This document shows positions 1 to 9,386 of a stretch of DNA of 64,000 nt, piece after piece. Origin of the DNA: an uncultured Rhizobium sp. (GTDB lineage: Bacteria; Bacteroidota; Bacteroidia; NS11-12g; UBA955); NCBI GenBank assembly GCA_964645755.1, contig CAZYBT010000001.1:25307-89306 (forward strand). Reading direction: 5' to 3'. The first letter of the stretch is position 1. Every line of letters starts with the position of its first letter. Below the pieces are notes generated by a model, which saw nothing but the letters and a program-made list of their open reading frames with translations, was not told the DNA's origin and did not search any database. The position numbers and the translations under genes are program-made.

Positions 1-841
1 AAAAAAGATTTTGATCTTGAGATTCTAATCCTTGAGTGGCATCGATTACCAGAACCACAACATCTGCATTTTCAAGAGCGCGAAGTGAGCGCATTACTGA
101 ATAAAATTCAATATTTTCGTTTACTTTGCTTTTTCTACGTATTCCAGCGGTATCTACGAGAATGACTTCTTTGCCATAAGCTTTATAGATTGTATCGAGA
201 GAGTCTCGGGTTGTGCCTGCGATATCGGTAACAATGTTCCGTTCTTCGCCCATGAGTGAATTTATCAGGGAACTTTTACCCACATTGGGTCTGCCTACAA
301 TGGCAATTCTTGGCAAATCAAGAACATGGTCATCAAGTGGTTGTTCGTCTTTTAAGTATTCTACAACTGAGTCGAGAAGTTCACCTGTACCTGAACCATT
401 TGCCGATGAAATTTCATATAAAGTATCAAAACCTAAAGTGTAGAATGTGGAAGTTTCTAAACGAAGTTTATCGTTATCAACTTTGTTCACACAAAGCAAA
501 ACAGGTTTTTTGGAACGGCGTAGAATTTTGGCAAATTCTTCGTCGAGGGGATTTACATCTGTTTGAACATCAACCACAAACACAATTACTGAAGCTTCTT
601 CAATTGCAATGTGAACTTGTTCACGAATGGCGGTTTCGAATACATCGGACGACTGTGGAACAAATCCACCTGTATCAATAACTGTAAACTCAATTCCGTT
701 CCAATCGCTTCGGCCATAGTGACGATCTCTGGTTACTCCGCTAAAATCGTCTACGATGGCTTTTCTTTCGCCGGTAAGTCGATTAAACAAGGTACTTTTT
801 CCAACATTTGGTCGTCCAACAATGGCAACAATTCTACTCAT
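1..841 (-). CDS. der: Ribosome-associated GTPase Der (EngA), N-terminal ~280 aa with both G-domains. The C-terminus lies beyond the window start.
   Basis: Reverse-strand translation from the ATG at 839-841 gives MSRIVAIVGRPNVGKSTLFNRL...DTGG... followed by a second GRPNVGKSSLIN...DTAGIRRK. This is the double P-loop/G3 pattern typical of Der. It is not in the ORF track because the frame runs off the window edge. Confidence 0.85.
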   Translation of the reverse strand, partial: MSRIVAIVGRPNVGKSTLFNRLTGERKAIVDDFSGVTRDRHYGRSDWNGIEFTVIDTGGFVPQSSDVFETAIREQVHIAIEEASVIVFVVDVQTDVNPLDEEFAKILRRSKKPVLLCVNKVDNDKLRLETSTFYTLGFDTLYEISSANGSGTGELLDSVVEYLKDEQPLDDHVLDLPRIAIVGRPNVGKSSLINSLMGEERNIVTDIAGTTRDSLDTIYKAYGKEVILVDTAGIRRKSKVNENIEFYSVMRSLRALENADVVVLVIDATQGLESQDQNLF

Positions 842-1039
842 AACTGCAAAGATAAGGCAATCCTGCGAGTTTTAGGGTAGTAATCGAGGAGAACCTCTTA
901 AAACAAGATCAAAATTAGGTAATGATGAAAAGAGTGTTTGATTTTGAGGGACAATTCTTCACTTGTTTGAGAGATATGATATTTTCTTATGTTTTTTAAG
1001 TGGTTAATATGTCTAAACATAAGGTCAGTGGCGGAAATG

Positions 1040-1252
1040 CGGTAAAATAGGTGGCATGAAATTTGTATTTTTGCGAGGTACTTAAATCTATCAAATTATT
1101 TTTTCCTTTTTGAGAGGGAATTATTTAGATTAAAACTTTAACTATTAATTAGTTACAAAAACTTTTGTGTAACTGAAGTGGCGAAGCTTTGAAGAAAAAT
1201 AACTCTACAAGTCACGAAAATTCATCAAAAAAGTAGTTAATTTGTTTCAAAA
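1040..1252 (+). promoter_or_regulatory. Putative promoter/leader region for the polysaccharide locus. A Bacteroidota-type -7-like element TAATTTG lies at about 1237-1243.
   Basis: About 370-bp AT-rich gap between the divergent der gene and the first locus gene. A TAnnTTTG-like element sits just upstream of the GTG start. Not verifiable without transcript data. Confidence 0.25.
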
Positions 1253-2032
1253 GTGAAGATTTTCAATCATATAGTCGTTATAACAATTGCAACAATTGTT
1301 TTGTTTGCATCTTGTGGTGTGAGCAAAGATCTGGTATATTTAAAAGGAATATCAGATACATCTGCAATTGACTCTGTTTTTACGAGGCCTTTAACCATTA
1401 AATCAGGCGATCAATTATCCATTTCTTTGTCGAGTTTGAACTCTGAAGCAGATGCCATCATCAACCAATCAAATTCTGGTGGTGGGGCGTCAAATTCAGT
1501 GAGTTATTCAGGGGCCAATGTAGTGGGATATTTTGTGAGTGAAAATGGCACCATCAATATGCCGCGACTGGGTTCTATTTATGTAGAAGGAAAGACGCAC
1601 AACGAGTTGAAAGACATGTTGCAGGTAATGTTGGAACCATACACAAAGAATCCTATTGTAAATGTGCGACTTCTAAACTATCAAATTACGGTATTAGGAG
1701 AAGTAACTAGACCTGGTCAAATTACAATTACTACACCCCAAGCAGATATTTTGCAGGTTATTGGTTTGGCTGGAGATATAACTCCTTATGGAAAGCGAGA
1801 CAATATTTTATTGATTCGCAAAGACGGCAACAACAGAATTGTGAAGCGACTAAATCTAACAGATCCAAAGTTGTTTAAAAGTCCATTTTTCCAACTTCAA
1901 CCTGGAGATTTTATATACGTTGAACCGAATAAAACTAAATTAAATTCAACAAGTTTAGGATTTCAAATTTGGCCATTGGTAACGAGCGGATTGTCGTTAT
2001 TGGTTGTGATGTTATCCATATTTACAAGATAA
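1253..2032 (+). CDS. Polysaccharide export outer-membrane lipoprotein (Wza/BexD-like, SLBB domain).
   Basis: Lipoprotein-type signal (…LFASCGVSKD). Size and composition fit the short Bacteroidota Wza-like exporters. It is immediately followed by a Wzc-like gene. GTG start. Confidence 0.7.
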   Translation: MKIFNHIVVITIATIVLFASCGVSKDLVYLKGISDTSAIDSVFTRPLTIKSGDQLSISLSSLNSEADAIINQSNSGGGASNSVSYSGANVVGYFVSENGTINMPRLGSIYVEGKTHNELKDMLQVMLEPYTKNPIVNVRLLNYQITVLGEVTRPGQITITTPQADILQVIGLAGDITPYGKRDNILLIRKDGNNRIVKRLNLTDPKLFKSPFFQLQPGDFIYVEPNKTKLNSTSLGFQIWPLVTSGLSLLVVMLSIFTR

Positions 2033-2033
2033 A

Positions 2034-4433
2034 ATGAGCGACAAATTAGACTCTATTAAACAACCGAATCCAACAAAAAATGATCCATTTGACTTAATCA
2101 AAAGGATCATTTTTGCATATTGGCCGGTTTATGCAATTTCGATTATATTGTCGTTGATTATTGCAAAAAATATCATCAAGTATACAGCTCCTAATTACGA
2201 AATTTATGCTAAGGTTTTGATTAAAGATGAAGATGGGAATTCAGCAGGCAAAGACATTTTAAAGGAAATGGACTTGTTTTCGAAACAAAAATCCATTGAC
2301 AACGAAATAGAAATTGTAGGTTCGAGGTTGGTTGCCAAACAAGTTGCAAAGAATTTAAAAACATATGTTAAAATATATGGCAAGGGTAAAGTTCAAACTG
2401 TATTGCAAGATTTCACATTCCCAATAAAATTTGAGTCATTATTGTTAGATTCAATGCCTACATCGAAGGAATTGGAAATGTCGATCATTAAAGGCAAAAA
2501 TCCGAAGGTGAAAATTGATGGAAAGATTTACAATCCTGTAAATCAATTGATAACAATCAGGAAATTAAAATTCTATTTGCGCATTGATTCAAGCAGGTTG
2601 AATAGCACACAATTAGAAAATTACACATTGCAGTTTAATTCGATTGAAAGTGAAATTAATTCATTATTGGCCTCATTGATTGTGAGTTCAACGGGTCGAA
2701 AAACTACAATCATGGGTCTGCGTTTTAAAACAGAGAATATTGTTTTAGGAAGAGATATTTTGAATGAGTTTATTCGAGTTTACACTTCAAATGCAGTTGA
2801 TGAAAAGCGCGAGATTGCTCAATACACTTTGAATTTCATCAATGATCGATTAAAATTATTGAGTGATGAGTTAGCGAGTGTTGAAAAGAATATTGAAAAC
2901 TTTAAAGAGGAGACAGGATTGATGAACATTAGTTCACAAGCAGAGAGTTATTTAGAGGTTGTACGTAATACAGATTTAGAGATTTCAAAAGCAAAAATAC
3001 AATTATCTATTCTCGATAATATCGAAAATTATATAAATGGCAAAGGAACAAATCCTGGTGCAGCACCATCGTTAATGGGATTTGAAGAACCGCTTATGGT
3101 TTCATTATTAAATAATTTATATGATCTTGAGTTCGAACTAAATAAATTAGCAAAAGTCTCTGGTTCAAAAGATGAGAAATACAATGCAATATTTGATGAA
3201 ATACAAAATTTAAAATTGAGTATCAAAGAAAATATTCAAAGTACACGTCGTAATTTAAACACCAAAATAAAGCAGCTGAATATTGAACTCGACAAAAACA
3301 AGGTTCAATTTAAAGGGCTGCCAAAAAACGAAAGAATATTGGTAGATATTAGCAGACAACAAAATGTAAAAAATGAAATTTATACATATCTTCTTGAAAA
3401 ACGTGAAGAATCTGCAATTTCATATGCATCAACAGTTTCTGATATACGTGTTATTGAATGGGCCTATGGTGGTACATTAATTTCTCCAAAGTCAAATCTC
3501 ATTTATGGACAATGGTTTACTTATGGTTTATTTATTCCACTTTTTTTCTTTGCTTTCAGAATTTTGCTGAACCCAAAGGTTTTGGTGAAGAAGGATATAA
3601 CTGATTTTACTAAGGTTCCAATTGTAGCAGAATTGATATTCGATAAAGAAAAGAGAAAATTTGTAATCGGGGCAAAAGATAGGAGTTTTTTGAGTGAAAC
3701 ATTACGAAGCATTCGAACAAAACTTTCATATTACAAATTTGCATCGGAAACAAAGGTCATCATGGTAACCTCTTCGATTCCGAATGAGGGAAAGAGTTTT
3801 TTAACGCTAAATTTAGGATTATCATACAGTTTATCAGGAAAAAAAGTGTTGTTGATTGGTGCTGATTTGCGTAAACCAGTTTTGCACAAAGCCTTTGAAA
3901 TTTCTGGAAGTAAAGGCTTGTCGAACTATTTGGCGAAATCTTTAAAATTGGAGGATGTGATTATCAAAACCAATTTTGAAAATGTATCTATTATACCAAG
4001 TGGTCCTGTACCACCGAATCCCTCCGAACTAATTGATGGAGATGCTTTTGATGAGTTGTTGGTGGAGTTAAAGAAAGATTTCGACATCATTATCATTGAT
4101 ACACCGCCGTTGGGTTTGGTTACAGACGCTTTGATTATAGCACCAAAAACGGATATCCAAATTTTTATGGTTCGTCAAGATGTAACTCCGAAAGAAGCGA
4201 TTGCAAATATTATTGACAAACACACAATTCACGACAATTTCAAGCAGCCAATGATTATCTTCAACGGCATTAAAGCAAAAGGGATATGGACAGGTAAGAA
4301 ATACGGCAACTCGTATTATGGATATGGCTATGGTTATGGGTATGGCTATGGCTATGGTGCTTATGGTTATTATGGTTCTCGCAATAAAACCGGTTATGCA
4401 TTTGTTTTGAAAAACTTACTTCGTAGAAAATGA
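2034..4433 (+). CDS. wzc: Wzc-type polysaccharide co-polymerase with a C-terminal BY-kinase (chain-length determinant plus tyrosine autokinase). It ends in an unusually long (YG)n tyrosine cluster.
   Basis: N-terminal TM segment, a long coiled-coil periplasmic region, a second TM segment, Walker A (SSIPNEGKSFLTLNLG), Walker B-like (DIIIIDTPP), and the C-terminal tail KYGNSYYGYGYGYGYGYGYGAYGYYGS. Confidence 0.85.
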   Translation: MSDKLDSIKQPNPTKNDPFDLIKRIIFAYWPVYAISIILSLIIAKNIIKYTAPNYEIYAKVLIKDEDGNSAGKDILKEMDLFSKQKSIDNEIEIVGSRLVAKQVAKNLKTYVKIYGKGKVQTVLQDFTFPIKFESLLLDSMPTSKELEMSIIKGKNPKVKIDGKIYNPVNQLITIRKLKFYLRIDSSRLNSTQLENYTLQFNSIESEINSLLASLIVSSTGRKTTIMGLRFKTENIVLGRDILNEFIRVYTSNAVDEKREIAQYTLNFINDRLKLLSDELASVEKNIENFKEETGLMNISSQAESYLEVVRNTDLEISKAKIQLSILDNIENYINGKGTNPGAAPSLMGFEEPLMVSLLNNLYDLEFELNKLAKVSGSKDEKYNAIFDEIQNLKLSIKENIQSTRRNLNTKIKQLNIELDKNKVQFKGLPKNERILVDISRQQNVKNEIYTYLLEKREESAISYASTVSDIRVIEWAYGGTLISPKSNLIYGQWFTYGLFIPLFFFAFRILLNPKVLVKKDITDFTKVPIVAELIFDKEKRKFVIGAKDRSFLSETLRSIRTKLSYYKFASETKVIMVTSSIPNEGKSFLTLNLGLSYSLSGKKVLLIGADLRKPVLHKAFEISGSKGLSNYLAKSLKLEDVIIKTNFENVSIIPSGPVPPNPSELIDGDAFDELLVELKKDFDIIIIDTPPLGLVTDALIIAPKTDIQIFMVRQDVTPKEAIANIIDKHTIHDNFKQPMIIFNGIKAKGIWTGKKYGNSYYGYGYGYGYGYGYGAYGYYGSRNKTGYAFVLKNLLRRK
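4312..4378 (+). repeat. Imperfect hexanucleotide (TATGGN)n microsatellite encoding the (Tyr-Gly)n tail of Wzc.
   Basis: tatggatatggctatggttatgggtatggctatggctatggtgcttatggttattatgg. Confidence 0.8.
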
Positions 4434-5692
4434 TACAAAACCTTATTATGAAAAGGGGCAATATTCAATTGACCCTAATTTTCTCTTTTTTCTCTGTTTT
4501 TTTTGCATTCAAATCTGGAATCATTTTGTATATCGATTCATACGGTTACATCGATAACCATATTGTTAGGTCGGCCATTTATCCTCTTTTCCTAGATTTA
4601 TTAAGTGATCAAAAAAATTTCAGTGTCGCCATTTTCGTTCAAATGGCGCTCACCGTATTTGCCTTAGTTTATTTTGCGAAAACAAGGAAGTTTATTTTCG
4701 AAAATCATCTTATTTATTTTGGCTATATTGTTTTCAGTTGCATCATCATTGCAAATTTTTCGAATGCGGTTATTTCTGAGGCATTGGCAATTCCCATTTT
4801 TATATTATTTCTATCTAAATTCTTGGAGATAATTGACAGTAGTGAAAGATTGTCTATCAAGAATTTTATTGTGCTGATTGTTTTTGTAACAGTGCTGATA
4901 TCCATTCGAAATCAGTTTATTTTTTTAATACCAACTTTGGCAGTTTGGTTGTTTTTATCTAAAACACCAAAAAAATGGCTTTATACATTAGCGTTACTCA
5001 TTCCATTATTGCTCAATACTTTGGTTGACAGGTATTATCATTTAGTAAAACACAATCATTTTATTGCCACACCTTATACAGGAATGCAAATTTTGCCTTC
5101 AGTATTGTTTCAATCTAATCTGTCGGATTCGGTAATTTTTGAGGATAAACAAGAACGAAAGGATTTCGTTTTTTTAAAAACGCAACTTTTAAATAAGTAT
5201 ATTGACCATCAGAAGATGGATACTCTATTGGGCAATAGTCCGCAATATTTGTATACATTGTATTTTGATGTAATTGCGCATCGAACCATCAAGCCTTACT
5301 TTCTGGACCAACTTAAAAGTCTCAATCTTAACGATCAATATGTGCAACTTGATCAGAAAGGAAAACACATGTTTTTTTTATTATTCAAAAGAAACATCAA
5401 ACAAAATATTGTTTTTTACTTCAATCTACTCAGACTTAACGGATACAACAATTGGTTGATTTTCATAATGTCGGTTTTCGTGTTGATATTTTCATTGATA
5501 CAATACTTCAAAAAAAGAGACATTATTTTTCTTCTTGTTTTTATTGCTTTGTTTGCATTATTGTTAAATCAATCGCTTGTAACCATCGTAAATATTATTG
5601 GCTACAGATATGTGGTTTATAATTATATATTTATTTTTTATCTATTACTTTTAGTACTTCACACCACACTTCAAAAATCAAAAATTAATTAA
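4430..5692 (+). CDS. Polytopic integral membrane protein, 10+ predicted TM segments. It may be a Wzy/O-antigen-ligase-like or EpsG-like polymerase. Family not resolved.
   Basis: Very hydrophobic, F/I/L-rich sequence. Translationally coupled to wzc (ATGA overlap at 4430-4433). No soluble catalytic motifs seen. Confidence 0.5.
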   Translation: MIQNLIMKRGNIQLTLIFSFFSVFFAFKSGIILYIDSYGYIDNHIVRSAIYPLFLDLLSDQKNFSVAIFVQMALTVFALVYFAKTRKFIFENHLIYFGYIVFSCIIIANFSNAVISEALAIPIFILFLSKFLEIIDSSERLSIKNFIVLIVFVTVLISIRNQFIFLIPTLAVWLFLSKTPKKWLYTLALLIPLLLNTLVDRYYHLVKHNHFIATPYTGMQILPSVLFQSNLSDSVIFEDKQERKDFVFLKTQLLNKYIDHQKMDTLLGNSPQYLYTLYFDVIAHRTIKPYFLDQLKSLNLNDQYVQLDQKGKHMFFLLFKRNIKQNIVFYFNLLRLNGYNNWLIFIMSVFVLIFSLIQYFKKRDIIFLLVFIALFALLLNQSLVTIVNIIGYRYVVYNYIFIFYLLLLVLHTTLQKSKIN

Positions 5693-6466
5693 ATGAAAGT
5701 CGTTTTATTGGCCGGCGGATTGGGAACTAGATTATCTGAGGAAACAGATACCAAGCCAAAACCTATGGTTGAAATAGGAGGGAAGCCCATCTTATGGCAC
5801 ATCATGAAGATTTACAGTCAGTATGGCTTTAATGAATTCATTGTTTGTTTAGGTTACAAGGGATATGTGATTAAAGAGTATTTTGCAAATTACTTCAGAC
5901 ATCAATCCGATCTTACCATAGATTTGAAAAATAATACAACAGAAATTCATAATTCGACCGCCGAACCATGGAAAATTTCTTTGATTGATACAGGTGTCAA
6001 TACAATGACAGGTGGGAGAATCAAAAGAATTCAACCATACATTGGAAATGAACCCTTTTTACTGACATATGGAGATGGTGTGAGTGACGTTAACTTAAAA
6101 GAGTTGGTGGAATTTCACAAACAAAGTGGTAAATTATTGACTGTTACATCAATACAACCTACTGGAAGATTTGGTTCTTTGGAAATTGATGATAACAACA
6201 GTGTTCAAAAATTTGTTGAGAAACCTAAAGGTGATGGCGCATGGATCAATGCTGGTTTTTTTGTTTGTGAGCCTAAAATATTCGATTTTATCAATGGAGA
6301 TGATACCATCTTTGAAAAAGATCCGTTGGAAAAAATTGCAGAGATGAATGAGTTGAAAGCTTTTAAGCATGATGGGTTTTGGAAACCTATGGATAGTTTG
6401 AGAGACAAATACGAATTAGAAAATTTGTGGCAATCAAATAAAGCTCCATGGAAGACTTGGAAATAA
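5693..6466 (+). CDS. rfbF: Glucose-1-phosphate cytidylyltransferase (CDP-glucose pyrophosphorylase).
   Basis: N-terminus MKVVLLAGGLGTRLSEETDTKPKPMVEIGGKPILWHIMKIYSQYG matches the RfbF/DdhA signature. Length 257 aa. Confidence 0.9.
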   Translation: MKVVLLAGGLGTRLSEETDTKPKPMVEIGGKPILWHIMKIYSQYGFNEFIVCLGYKGYVIKEYFANYFRHQSDLTIDLKNNTTEIHNSTAEPWKISLIDTGVNTMTGGRIKRIQPYIGNEPFLLTYGDGVSDVNLKELVEFHKQSGKLLTVTSIQPTGRFGSLEIDDNNSVQKFVEKPKGDGAWINAGFFVCEPKIFDFINGDDTIFEKDPLEKIAEMNELKAFKHDGFWKPMDSLRDKYELENLWQSNKAPWKTWK

Positions 6467-7524
6467 ATCCGATTTTAAAACAATTTAAGAATAAAAAAGT
6501 CTTCATTACTGGGCACACAGGGTTTAAAGGAGCTTGGTTTTCCCAATTGCTATTACAGGTTGGAGCAATTGTGAAAGGATTTTCTCTACCTCCAAATACT
6601 GAACCCAGTTTATTTCATTTACTCGGTCATCATCAAAAGTTTGAGAGTGTTTTTGCCAACATCAATCATTTTGAAGAAATCGAAAATCATATTTTATCAT
6701 TTCAGCCCGATGTGATTTTTCATTTGGCTGCTCAGCCTTTGGTGAGGTATTCATATCATCACACCATTGAAACTTTTCAAACAAATGTTCTTGGAACCGC
6801 AAACTTGTTAGAAGCGTGCAAAAAATTAAATAAATCTTGCGCGGTAGTTTGCATCACTACAGATAAAGTTTATCGCAACAAAGAAGAACATTATGCTTAT
6901 AACGAGTTAGATTCTTTAGGGGGACATGATCCATATTCTGCAAGTAAAGCGGCTGCAGAACTCATCATAGATTCCTACAGAAAGTCGTTTTTCTATGATG
7001 GACAAATCCAGGTTGCAAGTGCTAGGGCAGGAAATGTAATTGGTGGGGGAGATTGGTCTGAAGATCGTTTGATACCAGATTTGGTAAGGTCAATATCCCT
7101 CAAGCAAAAAATGAAGATGAGGAATCCGTTTGCAGTGCGTCCATGGCAACATGTCTTGGACCCAATTATGGGCTATATGACTTTAGCCGTTAAAATGATG
7201 GACGTTCCACATACATACACAAGTGCATGGAATTTTGGACCTAAAAATGGGGAGGAGAAAACAGTTTCTGAGGTAGCGAATATCTTTTATCGAACATTTG
7301 GAATGGAAGCAGAAATTGATATTGAGCCGGACCAAATTTTGCATGAGGCTAATTTATTGATGTTAGACATTAGTAAGTCTCAAAAGCAATTGTTATGGGA
7401 TCCAAAGTGGAACACTGAGAGGGCAATTAAAGAGACAGCCCTGTGGTATAGTGAATTGGATTCTTCGAATGCAGAACAAATAACAAATCTAAATATTTAT
7501 TCTTTTTTCTCTAATGAGCTTTAA
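6448..7524 (+). CDS. rfbG: CDP-glucose 4,6-dehydratase.
   Basis: VFITGHTGFKGAWFSQLL Rossmann start. Extended SDR with a YxxxK region (YSASKAAAE). 358 aa, as for RfbG/DdhB. Sits directly after rfbF. Confidence 0.85.
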   Translation: MEDLEINPILKQFKNKKVFITGHTGFKGAWFSQLLLQVGAIVKGFSLPPNTEPSLFHLLGHHQKFESVFANINHFEEIENHILSFQPDVIFHLAAQPLVRYSYHHTIETFQTNVLGTANLLEACKKLNKSCAVVCITTDKVYRNKEEHYAYNELDSLGGHDPYSASKAAAELIIDSYRKSFFYDGQIQVASARAGNVIGGGDWSEDRLIPDLVRSISLKQKMKMRNPFAVRPWQHVLDPIMGYMTLAVKMMDVPHTYTSAWNFGPKNGEEKTVSEVANIFYRTFGMEAEIDIEPDQILHEANLLMLDISKSQKQLLWDPKWNTERAIKETALWYSELDSSNAEQITNLNIYSFFSNEL

Positions 7525-8830
7525 TTATAAAAACATTCAATCTGAAGATTTAAAAACTAAATTATCAGAAATTATAACGGCAAATATCCATCAGAATATT
7601 GTGCCGGGTGAAAATTATATTCCTGTAACAGGGAAAGTATTAGATGTTGACGATATATTGCATGGAGTAGATGCTACACTTGATGCATGGCTAACTACGG
7701 GCCGATATGCAAAAGATTTCGAAAAAGATTTTGCTTCATATTTTGGCAGTAAGGCGTCGGTATTGGTGAATTCAGGGTCATCTGCAAATTTGGTGGCATT
7801 TTACACTCTCACTAGTCCAAAGTTGGGAGAACGAGCAATTAAACCTGGAGATGAGGTCATAACAGTAGCGGCGGGTTTCCCAACAACGATCAACCCAATG
7901 ATACAATTTGGGTGTGTACCTGTTTTTTTGGATGTACACATTCCCACTTACAACATTGATGTTACATTATTGGAAGAGGCAGTAACTTCTAAAACCAAAG
8001 CAATTATGATTGCTCATGCATTGGGTAATCCATTTAATTTAGCTGTTGTAAAAGCAGTGGCTGAAAAATATAATCTTTGGTTAATTGAAGATGATTGCGA
8101 TTCATTAGGGGCTACATACAATGGTCAAAAGACGGGAACATTTGGGGATTTGGCAACTGTTTCTTTTTACCCGGCACACCATATTACAATGGGAGAAGGA
8201 GGGGCGGTTTTAGTGAATAACATTAAATTATTGAGACCGGCATGGAGCTTTAGAGATTGGGGGAGAGACTGTTATTGTGAACCTGGAAAAGACAATACTT
8301 GTGGTAAGCGATTCGATTGGCAATTGGGTGAGTTGCCATGCGGTTATGATCATAAATATACCTATAGTCATATTGGATTTAATTTGAAGGTAACGGACAC
8401 ACAGGCTGCAATAGGATTAAATCAATTACGCAAGGCAGATCAATTTGTTGCGAAAAGGAGGGAAAATCATCGGATACTAAATTCTATGATGAAGGAATTA
8501 GAGGAGTATTTTATTTTACCTGAGGCAACGGTTAACTCTGACCCATCTTGGTTCGGTTATATGTTGACTGTGCGTTCAGATTGTAAATTTAATCGAAATG
8601 AACTGGTTCAATATTTGGAATCGAAGAAAATAGGAACTCGATTATTTTTTGGAGGGAATATGTTGAAACAGCCGGCTTACACAAATGTTGATCACAGAAT
8701 AGTAGGCAACTTAACAAACTGTGATTTGGTGATGAACCAATCATTTTGGTTAGGAGTATGGCCGGGTTTGAGTGAAATGCATTTCGAATACATGGTAAAC
8801 ACTATTAAAGGGTTTATAAAGAGTAATTAA
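7514..8830 (+). CDS. rfbH: CDP-6-deoxy-D-xylo-4-hexulose 3-dehydrase (E1), DegT/DnrJ/EryC1 fold, PMP/[2Fe-2S] type.
   Basis: 438 aa (RfbH/DdhC is about 437 aa). Aminotransferase-like fold (…SGSSANLVAF…), but located directly after ddhA/ddhB as in Salmonella and Yersinia dideoxyhexose clusters. Confidence 0.8.
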   Translation: MSFNYKNIQSEDLKTKLSEIITANIHQNIVPGENYIPVTGKVLDVDDILHGVDATLDAWLTTGRYAKDFEKDFASYFGSKASVLVNSGSSANLVAFYTLTSPKLGERAIKPGDEVITVAAGFPTTINPMIQFGCVPVFLDVHIPTYNIDVTLLEEAVTSKTKAIMIAHALGNPFNLAVVKAVAEKYNLWLIEDDCDSLGATYNGQKTGTFGDLATVSFYPAHHITMGEGGAVLVNNIKLLRPAWSFRDWGRDCYCEPGKDNTCGKRFDWQLGELPCGYDHKYTYSHIGFNLKVTDTQAAIGLNQLRKADQFVAKRRENHRILNSMMKELEEYFILPEATVNSDPSWFGYMLTVRSDCKFNRNELVQYLESKKIGTRLFFGGNMLKQPAYTNVDHRIVGNLTNCDLVMNQSFWLGVWPGLSEMHFEYMVNTIKGFIKSN

Positions 8831-9385
8831 GTGGCAGGGAAAATTGAATTCGAAAAAACTCCTATTGACGGGTTAACTGTTATTCATAATTTTCAAGCTA
8901 ACGACAATAGAGGATATTTTGTAAAAACGTTTAACAAATTGCTATTTGAAGAAAACGAAATTCACTTTTGTCCAGTTGAATCATATTTTTCAAATTCTAA
9001 TAAGAATGTTATTCGGGGAATGCACTTTCAAAATCCGCCGCATGATCATCAGAAATTGGTTTATGTGGCTTGTGGTTCTATATTAGATGTGGTGGTTGAT
9101 CTAAGGCCAAATTCATCGACGTACCGACAGTCTTTTTCGATTGAACTTTCAGAAAAAAATTGTATGTCTATTTTTATACCTAAAGGAATGGCCCACGGAT
9201 TTTTGTCATTGTCTGATAATTCAGTGGCAGTGTATAATGTATCAACGATATATGATATGAAATCTGACAATGGCATTAAATATGATTCGTTTGGTTTTGA
9301 TTGGGGAATTGAAAATCCAATAATTTCCGATAGAGATAAAAATTTTATTTCAATGGACGAATTTTGTACCAACAATTTATTTTGA
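8831..9385 (+). CDS. RmlC-like cupin sugar-nucleotide 3,5/5-epimerase (AscE-like).
   Basis: 184 aa. GLTVIHNFQANDNRGYFVKTF… resembles the N-terminus of dTDP-4-dehydrorhamnose 3,5-epimerase-family proteins. Embedded in a CDP-sugar operon. Confidence 0.65.
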   Translation: MAGKIEFEKTPIDGLTVIHNFQANDNRGYFVKTFNKLLFEENEIHFCPVESYFSNSNKNVIRGMHFQNPPHDHQKLVYVACGSILDVVVDLRPNSSTYRQSFSIELSEKNCMSIFIPKGMAHGFLSLSDNSVAVYNVSTIYDMKSDNGIKYDSFGFDWGIENPIISDRDKNFISMDEFCTNNLF

Positions 9386-9386
9386 T

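Noticed and set aside
213-880. Three overlapping + strand ORFs (213-443, 256-681, 611-880) from the six-frame track
   Set aside because: They are antisense to a clearly real der (EngA) gene on the - strand, which reads through with double GTPase motifs. Their composition is shadow-ORF-like.
880-1252. Possible small RNA or UpxY/UpxZ-type regulator gene upstream of the locus
   Set aside because: There is no ORF of adequate length and no convincing conserved structure. It is treated only as a promoter/leader region.
4312-4378. Possibility that the TATGGN repeat is a CRISPR-like or minisatellite noncoding element
   Set aside because: It is in-frame inside wzc and encodes the expected C-terminal Tyr cluster. 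There are no spacer-like unique sequences.
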